Part shown: in pieces, positions 46,719-56,520 of the stretch
How the letters are laid out: each line of letters opens with the position of its first letter
Position numbering within the stretch: position 1 is the stretch's first letter
NCBI GenBank assembly: GCA_016185525.1
Contig: JACPNK010000005.1
Span: 92,473 to 156,472 of the forward strand
Reading direction: 5' to 3'
Length of the DNA stretch: 64,000 nt
Origin: Candidatus Yanofskybacteria bacterium
GTDB lineage: Bacteria > Patescibacteriota > Minisyncoccia > 2-02-FULL-40-12 > IGHO2-12-FULL-4
The notes under the pieces: model-generated
The model's database searches: none
The model's input: the letters and a program-made list of their open reading frames with translations, nothing else
Told to the model about the DNA's origin: nothing
Made by a program: the position numbers and the translations under genes

Positions 46719-47321
46719 ATGTACGAAATTAAACCTCTAAACAAAAAAGAAGTTCCGGGTATATCAGAAAAGACTTTATCAATCCATCACGACAAACTTT
46801 ATACCGGCTATGTAAATAAGAGCAATGAGATTCTTCAAAAACTCAAAGACTTGCGAGCTAGCGGCAAGGCAGAAGGCAATACTACTTACAGCGAGTTGCG
46901 GGCATTAAAAGACGCTGAGACTTTTGCCATTAATGGCATTTATCTTCACGAGAATTACTTTGACTTGCTGGGAGGAGGCGGGGATTGGAGAAAGGCGCCG
47001 GAGCTGTCGGCGGCGATGGCAGAAAAATGGGGCTCGGTTGAAACCATCGTCGGTTGGTTTTCAACTTGCGCCACGGCGGCCCGAGGCTGGTCTGTTCTTT
47101 GTTGGGACCCTTATATTGGAGACCTAAGGCACTACAACGGCGATGCTCACAATCAGGGAGTCTGGGGCTGTATCCCAATTATCGCTCTGGATGTTTACGA
47201 ACACGCTTACTTTATAGATTATGGTTCAGACAGGAAAGCCTACATTGAAGCCTTCTGGAAAAGCCTTGACTGGATGAAAGCGGAAGCTATCTATTTGAAA
47301 GCAAGGGAAGTAAAACTATGA
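46719..47321 (+). CDS. Fe/Mn superoxide dismutase family protein
   Basis: HH...Y.GYVN, NG..LHE.YF, GW, DVYEHAY. Confidence 0.9.
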   Translation: MYEIKPLNKKEVPGISEKTLSIHHDKLYTGYVNKSNEILQKLKDLRASGKAEGNTTYSELRALKDAETFAINGIYLHENYFDLLGGGGDWRKAPELSAAMAEKWGSVETIVGWFSTCATAARGWSVLCWDPYIGDLRHYNGDAHNQGVWGCIPIIALDVYEHAYFIDYGSDRKAYIEAFWKSLDWMKAEAIYLKAREVKL

Positions 47322-47740
47322 GCAAACTCAAAATAGGTTTGTTGATAATTGTCGTCATATTTTTGGTTTTCTTATTATCGCCCTGGAGTCTTATTTCTGA
47401 CTATCTGACAGTCAAAGCAGTCAGAGGAATGATTAGTTACTTAAACGATTACTATGCTACTAATGGCACCTACCCGACACACAGTGAATTTTACCAAAGA
47501 TTTTCGGAAGGATTGAATAACGGGTTATACAAATATAGTTATATAGATATGGTGGGTGCTGCAGACCAGATCGACAACATTATTTTAGCCTATCCTACTG
47601 ACGGACGGAGATTTTTTGCAATCGGCGATCCGGTTTCTGAACTCGGTTTTGTTAGAGGGTATACAATACGTTCATGTGGTGTTGCTGGTTATACGCAAAC
47701 AGCTCTGCAGTGTCACTATAGTGATAGAAGCAAGAAATAA
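47318..47740 (+). CDS. Hypothetical membrane-anchored protein
   Basis: N-terminal TM helix, L..YY..NG.YP pilin-like segment; ATGA overlap. Confidence 0.65.
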   Translation: MSKLKIGLLIIVVIFLVFLLSPWSLISDYLTVKAVRGMISYLNDYYATNGTYPTHSEFYQRFSEGLNNGLYKYSYIDMVGAADQIDNIILAYPTDGRRFFAIGDPVSELGFVRGYTIRSCGVAGYTQTALQCHYSDRSKK

Positions 47741-47744
47741 ACCA

Positions 47745-49091
47745 CTACCTCCATGTTGGCAGCCAAAAAAGAAGATTTTGCTCGGGTGCAGTCAGGGGCA
47801 GACCGTATGTAAAAGGGGAGAAGAATAAGAAAAACAAAATAGAAAAAAATACAAAAAGGGCAAAAACGCCTTTTTTGTTTTGTTTATCAAGCAAATAACC
47901 TAGAGCTAAGATTGCAAATACCAGAGAAGTAAAGTAGTGGTACAAAAACATAACTCTGCCGACACCGATAAAAGGCAGCAGATTTATAAAAAAACCGGCC
48001 AATATAAAAGAGGAGGTAAAATCAAGCTTCCATTTTTTTATTTTTGGTACTGAAACAATAAGCAGATAAAGTATGGCTATGGCAGATGACCACCAAATGA
48101 AGGGATTGCCCAAAAGATAAATCTTGCTTTCGGTCTGGACTGCGGCTTTGTTCCAGTAGTAAATGGTTCGGGTCATAAACGGCCAACTGTACCACTTGCT
48201 GCCGTAAGGGTGTACGGCAGTCAGTGTTTTATTGGAACGATACATTTGAAGATTTAGTTCAACAAATTTTTTAAAAAAACCGATCGGTTTAACTGACAGG
48301 TTGCTTTCGTGACTGTTATTAAGCAAAGTTTTTTGGAAACTTGGCGTCATAAAAGCGTTGCCCGGTCCAGACTTGGGCAAGAGTTTGAAGTGTATGGCAA
48401 ATATGCCGAGATAGATTACGAACGGAAGCAAGACAAGAGAAGCAAGGTTTAAAGAAAATTCTTTAAGATTCTTCTTTTGTTTCAGAAGGTCAAACAGTTG
48501 GAAAAGTACTATCAGAGCTAAAAATCCCAAACCGGTCCATTTGATTGAGGCGGATAATCCGGCTAATATCCCGGTCAGCAAAAGCATTCGGAAAGATCGG
48601 CTGGACTTATATTTCAAGTAGGCCAAAATTGCACCGAAGCCAAAAATCAGCAGCATTGAATCTAGAAGTATAAAACGTGACTGAACGAGAAGGGCATTCT
48701 CAAAAATTATAAATAATGACGTCAGTAAGGATATTTTTTTAGAGAAACCCAGCCGCAACGCTAGGAAGAAAACTACAAGCGGCAACAGAGTTCCGGCTAT
48801 AATTGGCAGGAGACGGAGAGCCAAGTAATGCTTGTCTGGAAATACCTCGCCGATATTAGCAAAAGAGAAGCCTGGTTTAAAACCACTGGCGTAGCCCGCC
48901 GCACTTAGTAGAAGTTTGCCAAGCGGCGGGTGTATGTCAAAAAAGTATTCTCCGGTAAAATATCCGGATAAAAATTTTCCAAAGTGAACTTCGTCAAAAA
49001 CGGTCTGGTTTGGGTGTCCAAAGCGTATAAAATGAGTAAAAAGGCTTAAGGCCAGAATGATTATAATAAGCGTCTTTTTATTTTTAAACAT
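47745..49091 (-). CDS. Protein O-mannosyltransferase (PMT/GT39)
   Basis: VFDEVHF, FFDIHPPLGK, SRFILLD, KWTG, HPYGSKW, FLYHY. Confidence 0.9.
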   Translation of the reverse strand: MFKNKKTLIIIILALSLFTHFIRFGHPNQTVFDEVHFGKFLSGYFTGEYFFDIHPPLGKLLLSAAGYASGFKPGFSFANIGEVFPDKHYLALRLLPIIAGTLLPLVVFFLALRLGFSKKISLLTSLFIIFENALLVQSRFILLDSMLLIFGFGAILAYLKYKSSRSFRMLLLTGILAGLSASIKWTGLGFLALIVLFQLFDLLKQKKNLKEFSLNLASLVLLPFVIYLGIFAIHFKLLPKSGPGNAFMTPSFQKTLLNNSHESNLSVKPIGFFKKFVELNLQMYRSNKTLTAVHPYGSKWYSWPFMTRTIYYWNKAAVQTESKIYLLGNPFIWWSSAIAILYLLIVSVPKIKKWKLDFTSSFILAGFFINLLPFIGVGRVMFLYHYFTSLVFAILALGYLLDKQNKKGVFALFVFFSILFFLFFSPFTYGLPLTAPEQNLLFWLPTWR

Positions 49092-49141
49092 ATGGTTTGA
49101 GGGTTGTTTTGCAAAGCTTCCATATATAGTATAATTTAAGC

Positions 49142-50071
49142 GTGGAAAATAAAGAAGTATATGACTTAATTATCATTGGCGGTTCAGCGGCGGCAACTTC
49201 TGCCGGTATTTATGCCGCGCGGAGAGGCTTAAATTTTAAGATTATAACTAAAGAATTCGGCGGTGAGGTGGCAACTTCAGGTGAAATCGGCAATTGGCCG
49301 GGAGTCAATAAGACAGATGGCATCACTTTGGCTGGGCAGTTTAAGGAGCATTTAAAATATTACGGAATTGAGCCGGAAGAGGGGGTTGAGGTGGAAAAAG
49401 TGATAATAGAGCCAGATGGCAATTTTTTAATTAAATCAAACAATGGGAATTATGCCGCTAAAACAATCATTGTAACTACCGGAGTCCATCCGCGCGAACT
49501 GGGCGTGACCGGGGAAAAAGAGTTTCGCAACAAAGGAGTCAGTTACTGTACAGTATGTGACGGCCCCCTTTTTGCCGGCAAAGTTGTGGCTACAATCGGC
49601 GGGGGCAATTCGGCTCTGGAGTCTGCCTTGATGTTGACTGACGTCGCTTCAAAAGTTTATGTTATTAACAAAAATATGCAGTTCAAGGGCGACCAGATAT
49701 TGATTGAAAACTTGAACCAAAAGAAAAATGTAGAGATAATTTATAACGCTAAAACTGCTCAAATAGAGGGCAATGAATTTGTGACTGGGTTAAAATACAA
49801 AACTGAGGACAGTCCTCAGGAGCTAGAGATCAAGGTTGATGGTATTTTTATTCACATTGGCATGGTGCCAAACAGCGGTTTGGCCCCTGATGGGGTAAAA
49901 AAAGACAAGTTTGGTCAGATCGGGGTCAATGCTAATTGTGAGACCAGTATTCAAGGACTTTATGCTGCCGGTGATGTTACTGATACACCATACAAACAAA
50001 TTGTCATTGCTGCCGGCATGGGCGCGACAGCGCTTTTGTCGGCTGTTAATTACTTAAATAGAATGAAATGA
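49142..50071 (+). CDS. trxB: Thioredoxin reductase
   Basis: GVSYCTVCDG, GGGNSA, AAGDVT; GTG 7 nt after TATAAT. Confidence 0.92.
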   Translation: MENKEVYDLIIIGGSAAATSAGIYAARRGLNFKIITKEFGGEVATSGEIGNWPGVNKTDGITLAGQFKEHLKYYGIEPEEGVEVEKVIIEPDGNFLIKSNNGNYAAKTIIVTTGVHPRELGVTGEKEFRNKGVSYCTVCDGPLFAGKVVATIGGGNSALESALMLTDVASKVYVINKNMQFKGDQILIENLNQKKNVEIIYNAKTAQIEGNEFVTGLKYKTEDSPQELEIKVDGIFIHIGMVPNSGLAPDGVKKDKFGQIGVNANCETSIQGLYAAGDVTDTPYKQIVIAAGMGATALLSAVNYLNRMK

Positions 50072-50562
50072 TTTACCTAGGCGCTGACCATCGGGGGTTC
50101 GAACTTAAAGAAAAAGCCAAACAATGGCTGTCTGAATTGGGATATCAATATGAAGATTGTGGGGCGTTTGTGTATGACAAAGACGACGATTATCCTGACT
50201 TTGCTCGGGCGGTAGCGGAAAAAGTCCATCAAGGTTCAACCTTGATGGACAGAGGTATTTTGATTTGCGGGTCTGGAATTGGTGTCTGTATCGCCGCCAA
50301 CAAAATTAAAGGCATTCGCGCCGGCACGGCGGCTAGCCCGGAGCAAGTCAAAGCGTCGGTCAACGACGAAGATCTCAATATTCTTTGCCTGTCAGCAGAC
50401 TATCTTCCGAATGCCGACCTGCCCGCCAGTCGCCTTGGCTCCAGGCCATGGCAGGCGGGAGTTGCCGCTAAAGAAATTATCAAAACTTTCTTGGAAACCA
50501 AATTTTCCGGAGAGGAGCGGCATAAGCGGAGAATAGACAAAATTGAACAATTAGAACAATGA
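50068..50562 (+). CDS. rpiB: Ribose-5-phosphate isomerase B
   Basis: GADHRG, DYPD, ICGSGIG, ANKIKGIRA, RHKRR. Confidence 0.93.
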   Translation: MIYLGADHRGFELKEKAKQWLSELGYQYEDCGAFVYDKDDDYPDFARAVAEKVHQGSTLMDRGILICGSGIGVCIAANKIKGIRAGTAASPEQVKASVNDEDLNILCLSADYLPNADLPASRLGSRPWQAGVAAKEIIKTFLETKFSGEERHKRRIDKIEQLEQ

Positions 50563-50822
50563 AAAAGATTGTAATTATCGTGTTGCTTGCCGTAGTTACT
50601 AATTTCATTATTTTTTGGATTACCGGGAATGATTCTTGCCCTAAAGAGCCCGGGGTAGTATCAATTCCAGAATGCGTTTTTGATATTACAGGAGGTTTGC
50701 CCTTAAAATATGACTTGGAAGTATTCGGTAGCAGCACATCATTTCTAGGACTTATAGTTGATATATCATTTTGGATTACAGTTATTTATTTGGTAAATAG
50801 AGTTTTATTGAATCGAAAATAG
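50559..50822 (+). CDS. Small membrane protein
   Basis: Two TM helices, G.P motif, ATGA overlap. Confidence 0.65.
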   Translation: MKKIVIIVLLAVVTNFIIFWITGNDSCPKEPGVVSIPECVFDITGGLPLKYDLEVFGSSTSFLGLIVDISFWITVIYLVNRVLLNRK

Positions 50823-50883
50823 GCCTAAAATTTTTGTAATCCGACCTTTGACTATTATCCGATAATTTGCTAAAATTCAAGCA

Positions 50884-51144
50884 ATGAAGAAAACATTTAA
50901 TTCTCAGTACTCAATTTTTCCCATTACTATCGAGCCTATGGGAGAAGGCGGTTATTTTGCTTTTACCGAAACCTTGCAAGGCGCTCATGCCGAAGGGGAA
51001 ACGCTGGGTGAGGCGATAGACAATATTAAAGATGTTATTGAAAAACATTTGGAAGTAAGAAAGGAGCACGGGGAAAATATCGGAAACTTTGAGATTGGCG
51101 TAGAACCCAGGATTTCAATTCCTTTGCCTTTGCTTTCCAAATGA
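50884..51144 (+). CDS. hicB: HicB-family antitoxin
   Basis: EGGY.A....L.G...EGET..EA..N..D.I; promoter TTGACT-17-TAAAAT 7 nt before ATG. Confidence 0.88.
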   Translation: MKKTFNSQYSIFPITIEPMGEGGYFAFTETLQGAHAEGETLGEAIDNIKDVIEKHLEVRKEHGENIGNFEIGVEPRISIPLPLLSK

Positions 51145-51383
51145 GTAGAAAATTTCCGGCCTTGAATTATAGACAAACAGCCAAGGTTGCCAAGCGCCTT
51201 GGTTTTTATTTGGTCCGTCGAGCTAAAGGTAGTCATGAAATATGGCGCCGGGAATCTGATAAAAGACAAACCACAATTCCTAACCACGGAAACAAAACAA
51301 TAAAGCGCAGAACATTAAAAGCGATACTTGATGACTTTGGAATTACGTTGGAGGGTTTAAATAAAATTTTGAAAGACTTATAA
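51141..51383 (+). CDS. hicA: HicA-family toxin
   Basis: LGF...R..KGSHE, TTIP.H, TL..IL. Confidence 0.9.
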   Translation: MSRKFPALNYRQTAKVAKRLGFYLVRRAKGSHEIWRRESDKRQTTIPNHGNKTIKRRTLKAILDDFGITLEGLNKILKDL

Positions 51384-51390
51384 TCATTGT

Positions 51391-52362
51391 ATGCCTAAAA
51401 TTTTTGTAACTCGTCCAATTCCCGATAGCGGAATCAAGCTCTTACAAGAAAAGGGCTGTGAAGTAGTGATCAACGAGGCGGCTAGGGATAGGGTGGCGAC
51501 AAAAGAAGAAATATTGGCCGGTGTAAAAGATGCTGACGGCCTGCTTTCAATTTTGACGGAAAAGATTGATACGGAAATTATGGATGCGGGTCTGCCGAAC
51601 TTAAAAATCATTGCCAACTATGCTGTTGGTTTTGACAATATTGACTTGGAAGCCGCCAAGCAACGTAATATTTTGGTAACTAACACGCCCGGAGTTTTGA
51701 CAAATACCGTCGCTGAACATACTTTTGCTCTGATGCTGGCTATTGCGCATCGCATTGCCGAAGCTGACAAATTTTCTAAAGCGGGAATGTATAGAGCTTG
51801 GGGTCCGGAATTGCTTTTAGGTACGGACGTTTCGGGAAAAACTTTGGGTGTTGTCGGTTTGGGCAGAATTGGTTCTCGGGTGGCTTACCACGGTGTAAAA
51901 GGTTTTGACATGAAAGTTGTGTATTGTGACCCTAATCGCAACGAAGAATTTGAAAAAGAATTTGGCGCGCAGTATGTCGCCAATGTTGAGGAAATGCTTT
52001 CTTTGTGCGACTTTGTCTCAATACATGTTCCTCTCCTAGATTCAACAAAGCATTTGTTCAACGAAGCCAGATTTAAACTGATGAAGCCGACAGCCTACTT
52101 GATTAACACATCTCGCGGACCGATTGTGGACGAGCAGGCTCTTGCGAATGCTCTTAAAAAAGGCACAATCAAAGGAGCGGCGATTGATGTCTTTGAAAAC
52201 GAGCCGGAAATTACACCAGAGTTGAAAGACTTGGAAAATGTAATTTTAACTCCCCACATTGCTTCGGCTACCGAAGAAACGAGGCAGGCGATGTCGCGTT
52301 TGGCCGCCGAAAATATAATTGAAGCTTTGGAAGGCAGAGTCCCGCCAAATTTGATTAAATAG
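51391..52362 (+). CDS. D-glycerate dehydrogenase / glyoxylate reductase
   Basis: AVGFDNID, TNTPGVL, GLGRIG, NTSRG, TPHIAS. Confidence 0.92.
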   Translation: MPKIFVTRPIPDSGIKLLQEKGCEVVINEAARDRVATKEEILAGVKDADGLLSILTEKIDTEIMDAGLPNLKIIANYAVGFDNIDLEAAKQRNILVTNTPGVLTNTVAEHTFALMLAIAHRIAEADKFSKAGMYRAWGPELLLGTDVSGKTLGVVGLGRIGSRVAYHGVKGFDMKVVYCDPNRNEEFEKEFGAQYVANVEEMLSLCDFVSIHVPLLDSTKHLFNEARFKLMKPTAYLINTSRGPIVDEQALANALKKGTIKGAAIDVFENEPEITPELKDLENVILTPHIASATEETRQAMSRLAAENIIEALEGRVPPNLIK

Positions 52363-52363
52363 C

Positions 52364-52996
52364 ATGGTAGAAATTATTCCTTCAATTTTAGTAAAAACAA
52401 AAGAAGAATTTTTAAACAAGATTTTAGCGGTTGAAAACATATCTGAACGGGTTCACCTTGACATTGCTGATGGTATTTTTGTGCCCAATATGACCATCAG
52501 CGGTTTTGAGGAAGTTGAGAGCATTGAGACCAATTTGAAGATAGACGTCCATCTTATGGTTTCAAAACCTGAAAACCATATTATTCGTTGGCTGGAGACT
52601 CCGGTTGACTCCATCACTTTTCATATAGAGGCGACTCAAAAAGCTCAAGAAATTATTGAAAAAGCCAAAGAGGCGGACAGAAGAGTTGGGATTGCTCTTA
52701 ACCCGGAGACGCCTATATCGGCACTGGCGACTTTTATAGACCAGATTGACTTTGTTCATTTTATGACTGTGGAACCTGGTTTTTACGGAGGACAATTTGT
52801 TGAATCGGTTTTGGACAAGATGTCTGACTTCTTTTATTTTTATCCTGATAAGCCAATTTCCGTAGACGGCGGTGTTAATCCGGAAACTGCTCCGAAGTTG
52901 ATCCAGGCGGGAGCGAATATGTTGGTGGCGGGAAGTTATATATGGAACAGTGGAAATATAACCGAAGCAATCGAAAAAATAAGAAATGACATTTAG
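52364..52996 (+). CDS. rpe: Ribulose-phosphate 3-epimerase
   Basis: IPSIL, HLDIADG.FVPN, DVHLMV, MTVEPGF.G, VDGG. Confidence 0.93.
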   Translation: MVEIIPSILVKTKEEFLNKILAVENISERVHLDIADGIFVPNMTISGFEEVESIETNLKIDVHLMVSKPENHIIRWLETPVDSITFHIEATQKAQEIIEKAKEADRRVGIALNPETPISALATFIDQIDFVHFMTVEPGFYGGQFVESVLDKMSDFFYFYPDKPISVDGGVNPETAPKLIQAGANMLVAGSYIWNSGNITEAIEKIRNDI

Positions 52997-53025
52997 TTGG
53001 TAAATTAAACATTGCATATTAATTT

Positions 53026-53217
53026 ATGAAAGTTTTGGGAATAATAATTTACTTTGTCATTGCCGCATGGTTTATATTTATAGGCATTGGTTTCATCTCC
53101 GAAGATCTATTTAGACCGGGTAGTTTTAGAAATGGGAGTGAAAAGGGTTACTTTTTACTTGCTATCGCTGTACTATTTATTTGGCGAGTAGTGGCCATTA
53201 TTAAAAGAAAAAGATAA
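53026..53217 (+). CDS. Small membrane protein
   Basis: 63 aa, two TM helices, fills an operon gap. Confidence 0.55.
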   Translation: MKVLGIIIYFVIAAWFIFIGIGFISEDLFRPGSFRNGSEKGYFLLAIAVLFIWRVVAIIKRKR

Positions 53218-53219
53218 TT

Positions 53220-54197
53220 ATGTACGACATAATCACAATCGGTTCTGCCACACGGGATGTTTTTTTGAGAGCGGAGGGTTTTGAGTTGCGGAAACATGAA
53301 GATTCGCCATCTGGCGTTGAACAGTGTTTTCCTTTGGGTTCCAAAATTGAAGTAAAAGAAATAACTTTTACCACCGGCGGGGGCGGAACGAATGCGGCGG
53401 TAACCTTTGCCAGACAGGGATTGAAAACGGCCTGCATCGGTTCGGTTGCTGATGACATAAACGGCAAAGAAATTCTGGAGGAACTGAAAAAAGAAAAAGT
53501 TGAAACTAAATTTTTTCAGAAAAATGCTTCAGGGCATACTGCTTATTCGGTCATATTTATCCATCCAAACGCCGAAAGAACAATTTTAAGCTACAAGGGC
53601 GAAGGCCAAAACCTCAACGCCGAAGAAACTCTTTTCAAAAAGATTAAAACAAAATGGCTGTTTCTTAACAGTCTGGGCGGCAATTATGAATTATTGGAGA
53701 AAGCAGTTTTGTGGGCTAAAGAAAATAGCGTCAAAATCGCCTCAAACCCCGGAGGCAAGGAACTGGCGTATGGTTTGGAAAAGTTGAAAGTTCTTTTGGA
53801 AAACGGCGACATCATAATTATGAATCAAGAGGAAGCGGCGCGTCTTGCCGGCGTTAACTATGAAAATGAAAGTGAAATTTTCCAAGCCATGGACAAAGTT
53901 GTGAAGGGCATTTTCGTTATGACTAAAGGACACGAAGGCGTTGCCGTTTCTGACGGCAAAAATATTTACAAAGCCGGTGTGCCGGATTCGCCCATAGTTG
54001 AACGCACGGGCGCCGGCGATGCTTTCAGTTCGGGCTTTGTTTCGGAGTTTATCAGAAGCGGTGATGTTGCTAAAGCTATACAGCTGGCAACAGCCAATGC
54101 TTCTTCGGTTGTAACAAAAGTCGGCTCTAAGGCGGGGATATTAAAAGAAGGCGATTGGGGGCCATGGCCGTTAGTTGAAGTTAAAACAAATTTCTAA
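53220..54197 (+). CDS. PfkB-family carbohydrate kinase
   Basis: GGGGTNAA, N.EEA, T.G..G, TGAGDAF. Confidence 0.92.
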   Translation: MYDIITIGSATRDVFLRAEGFELRKHEDSPSGVEQCFPLGSKIEVKEITFTTGGGGTNAAVTFARQGLKTACIGSVADDINGKEILEELKKEKVETKFFQKNASGHTAYSVIFIHPNAERTILSYKGEGQNLNAEETLFKKIKTKWLFLNSLGGNYELLEKAVLWAKENSVKIASNPGGKELAYGLEKLKVLLENGDIIIMNQEEAARLAGVNYENESEIFQAMDKVVKGIFVMTKGHEGVAVSDGKNIYKAGVPDSPIVERTGAGDAFSSGFVSEFIRSGDVAKAIQLATANASSVVTKVGSKAGILKEGDWGPWPLVEVKTNF

Positions 54198-54294
54198 TTA
54201 TTCTAATTGCTCTAATTAACCTAAATAATAACTAAGTCCCCAATTCTAAAATGTCTAAAATACTTAGTTATTAGGTTATTAGGATTTATTTAGG
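54193..54294. repeat. Tandem/inverted CTAATT-type repeat block
   Basis: CTAATT-containing units followed by TTAGG/TTATTAGG units. Confidence 0.55.
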
Positions 54295-54304
54295 TCAACT
54301 TACT

Positions 54305-55561
54305 GTGGTCTTTGCCCACGAAAAACTTGCGAGGATTTTACGCACTAAACCAGAAGTGCTTTTAAGTTTGGAAGAAAAAATGAACTCTCTTACCGGTAAA
54401 AGCGGGGTTATGGAAAAAATATTGATAGAGAACGATATTTTGGTAAAACGTACTTTGAGCGAATTGGGTTTGTCTGAAGCCGGACTTAAGGCCGAGAAGG
54501 TTTATGATGCTTTAGTTGCCAGAATTGAGTATATGGATAAGGATTTATATAACTTTTTAGGCAGACCAATTCTTTCTGAAATGTCAGGTGTTTGCGGAAA
54601 ACTTTGCGAAACCTCTCTGTTTTTAAACAAACCTAAAACCGGTTTTTTTATCAAAAAAGAGAAAGCTGTTGAAATGCTGGAAAAATTTCCACCACAAAAT
54701 TTGCTGGACCATTTCGGCTATAAAACGGCCGAAGAGCTTGTTCGGAAAGAAGGCTTCTCGTCTGTCGTCTCGGCATTGCGCTTTGCTCAGGACTCAAAAT
54801 GGATGCATGAGTTTTTTGATAGGGCATATAATGAGCTTACAGCCGAAGATTTTGAAGAACGTGAAGTTGAGCTGAAAGTTTTGGAAACTAAGTGGCTGGA
54901 TGTGGCGGAAAAATTTTTGGAAAAGAAATACCACAATGTCAGCCATCTTAAAGAATTTGGCGTTATTTTTATTATTCCGTTGGAAATAGACACCAAAGGG
55001 GAAACCCTGAGAATGTTTACTTTGATACTCCACTACCTCAATGAGGTGCCTTTTTATTCAAAACTTTTCAAAAAGTTTTCTGTGGAGGAAAATTTTCCTC
55101 CTAAATTAAAATCACTGCTGCGTGGTGACGTTGCAGAAGGGCCGGCGCCCGACAATGCCGTCAGAATTGTTCAACGGTATCTCGCCAAGGACGACAAAAA
55201 TGACTTTAGGCTTTTTGAGCCGCATATCAATCCCGAGGCCGAACACTGGTACAAAGCGGAAACTGATTTGGCAAACTTGAACTCTGTGCCTGAGGAAAAA
55301 GGGCGCGCTACGGGTTACTGGCGCGGGTTGGATTTTGTCGGCGACTTTTTTCCGGACGGGTTGGAAAAAGGCGAAAAAGAAAATTTAGTGAGTTTTGACC
55401 TTATTGACTTGGTTATGTCTTTGGTTAAGAAAGGAGAAATAAAATACTTATATCACCAGCAAGAAGCTCTCTGGAATAAGATTTTTATAGAATATCTTGG
55501 AAGGGAAAAGTTAAATGAACTAGTTGAAGAGAATATAGTTAGTGGGTTTATAAAATTTTAA
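54305..55561 (+). CDS. Hypothetical protein
   Basis: 418 aa open frame within the sugar-metabolism operon; HNVSHLKE and HYLNE segments. Confidence 0.8.
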   Translation: MVFAHEKLARILRTKPEVLLSLEEKMNSLTGKSGVMEKILIENDILVKRTLSELGLSEAGLKAEKVYDALVARIEYMDKDLYNFLGRPILSEMSGVCGKLCETSLFLNKPKTGFFIKKEKAVEMLEKFPPQNLLDHFGYKTAEELVRKEGFSSVVSALRFAQDSKWMHEFFDRAYNELTAEDFEEREVELKVLETKWLDVAEKFLEKKYHNVSHLKEFGVIFIIPLEIDTKGETLRMFTLILHYLNEVPFYSKLFKKFSVEENFPPKLKSLLRGDVAEGPAPDNAVRIVQRYLAKDDKNDFRLFEPHINPEAEHWYKAETDLANLNSVPEEKGRATGYWRGLDFVGDFFPDGLEKGEKENLVSFDLIDLVMSLVKKGEIKYLYHQQEALWNKIFIEYLGREKLNELVEENIVSGFIKF

Positions 55562-55574
55562 TGGCAAAATCCAA

Positions 55575-56498
55575 ATGACAAATGACAAAAATCTTAAAAC
55601 TTACTTAAGCAAGGCGCAACAAGAACATTGGGCGATTGGGCATTTTAATTTTTCTACGGCGGAGCAGCTTAAAGCCATAGTTGAAGCGGCGGCGGAACTT
55701 AAAAGTCCGGTGATGGTCGCAACTTCTGAAGGAGAAGCGGAGTTTGTCGGTTATGACCAAGCCGTAGCGCTTGTTAAGTCTTACCAGCAGGCGGGGTATG
55801 CTGTTTGGCTTAACGCCGACCATCATAAAAGTTTTGAGTCGGCCAAGAAAGCGATCGATGCCGGTTACGATACGGTTTTAATTGATGCATCAAGGTTGAA
55901 CCTTGATGAAAACATCGGTACGACATCGCAAGTCGTACAGTATGCCCATAGAGGTTTAACCTCTATAATGGTGGAAGGGGAGTTGGGGTATTTGCGCGGG
56001 TCATCAGAAGTTCAGGAAAAAGTGGAGATTAATCCAACCGACTATACCCAACCCGAACAAGCGGCGGATTTTGTGGCGCGGACAGGCGTGGAGAGATTAG
56101 CGGTAGTGTTTGGCAATATCCACGGAATTGTTACAGAGGTTATAACAACAACCCCGACGCCCAATGGGGTCGGGGCCCCGACCGAAGCGTCGGGGGAAGA
56201 AAAATTAGACATTGAACATCTTAAAAAAATTACTGTGGCTGTGCCGGAAACAATTTTGGTATTGCATGGCGCTTCGGGTTTGCCGGATGAAGACGTGCGT
56301 GCTGCTATTGCCGCCGGCATTTCTAATGTCCATATCAACACCGAACTGAGGGTTGCTTACCACGACACTCTTCACGCTGAACTTGAAAAAGAACCAAACC
56401 AAACCACACCCTACAAATTTCTGGCGTCATCGCAAGATGCAATGAAAGAGTTGGTGAAGAAGAAGCTGAAGCTCTTTGGGTCGGTTGACAAAATTTAG
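55575..56498 (+). CDS. fba: Class II fructose-bisphosphate aldolase
   Basis: AIGHFN, ADH, VEGELG, GNIHG, VLHGASG, INTELR. Confidence 0.92.
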   Translation: MTNDKNLKTYLSKAQQEHWAIGHFNFSTAEQLKAIVEAAAELKSPVMVATSEGEAEFVGYDQAVALVKSYQQAGYAVWLNADHHKSFESAKKAIDAGYDTVLIDASRLNLDENIGTTSQVVQYAHRGLTSIMVEGELGYLRGSSEVQEKVEINPTDYTQPEQAADFVARTGVERLAVVFGNIHGIVTEVITTTPTPNGVGAPTEASGEEKLDIEHLKKITVAVPETILVLHGASGLPDEDVRAAIAAGISNVHINTELRVAYHDTLHAELEKEPNQTTPYKFLASSQDAMKELVKKKLKLFGSVDKI

Positions 56499-56520
56499 CC
56501 TTCAGGTAAAATCATACTTC

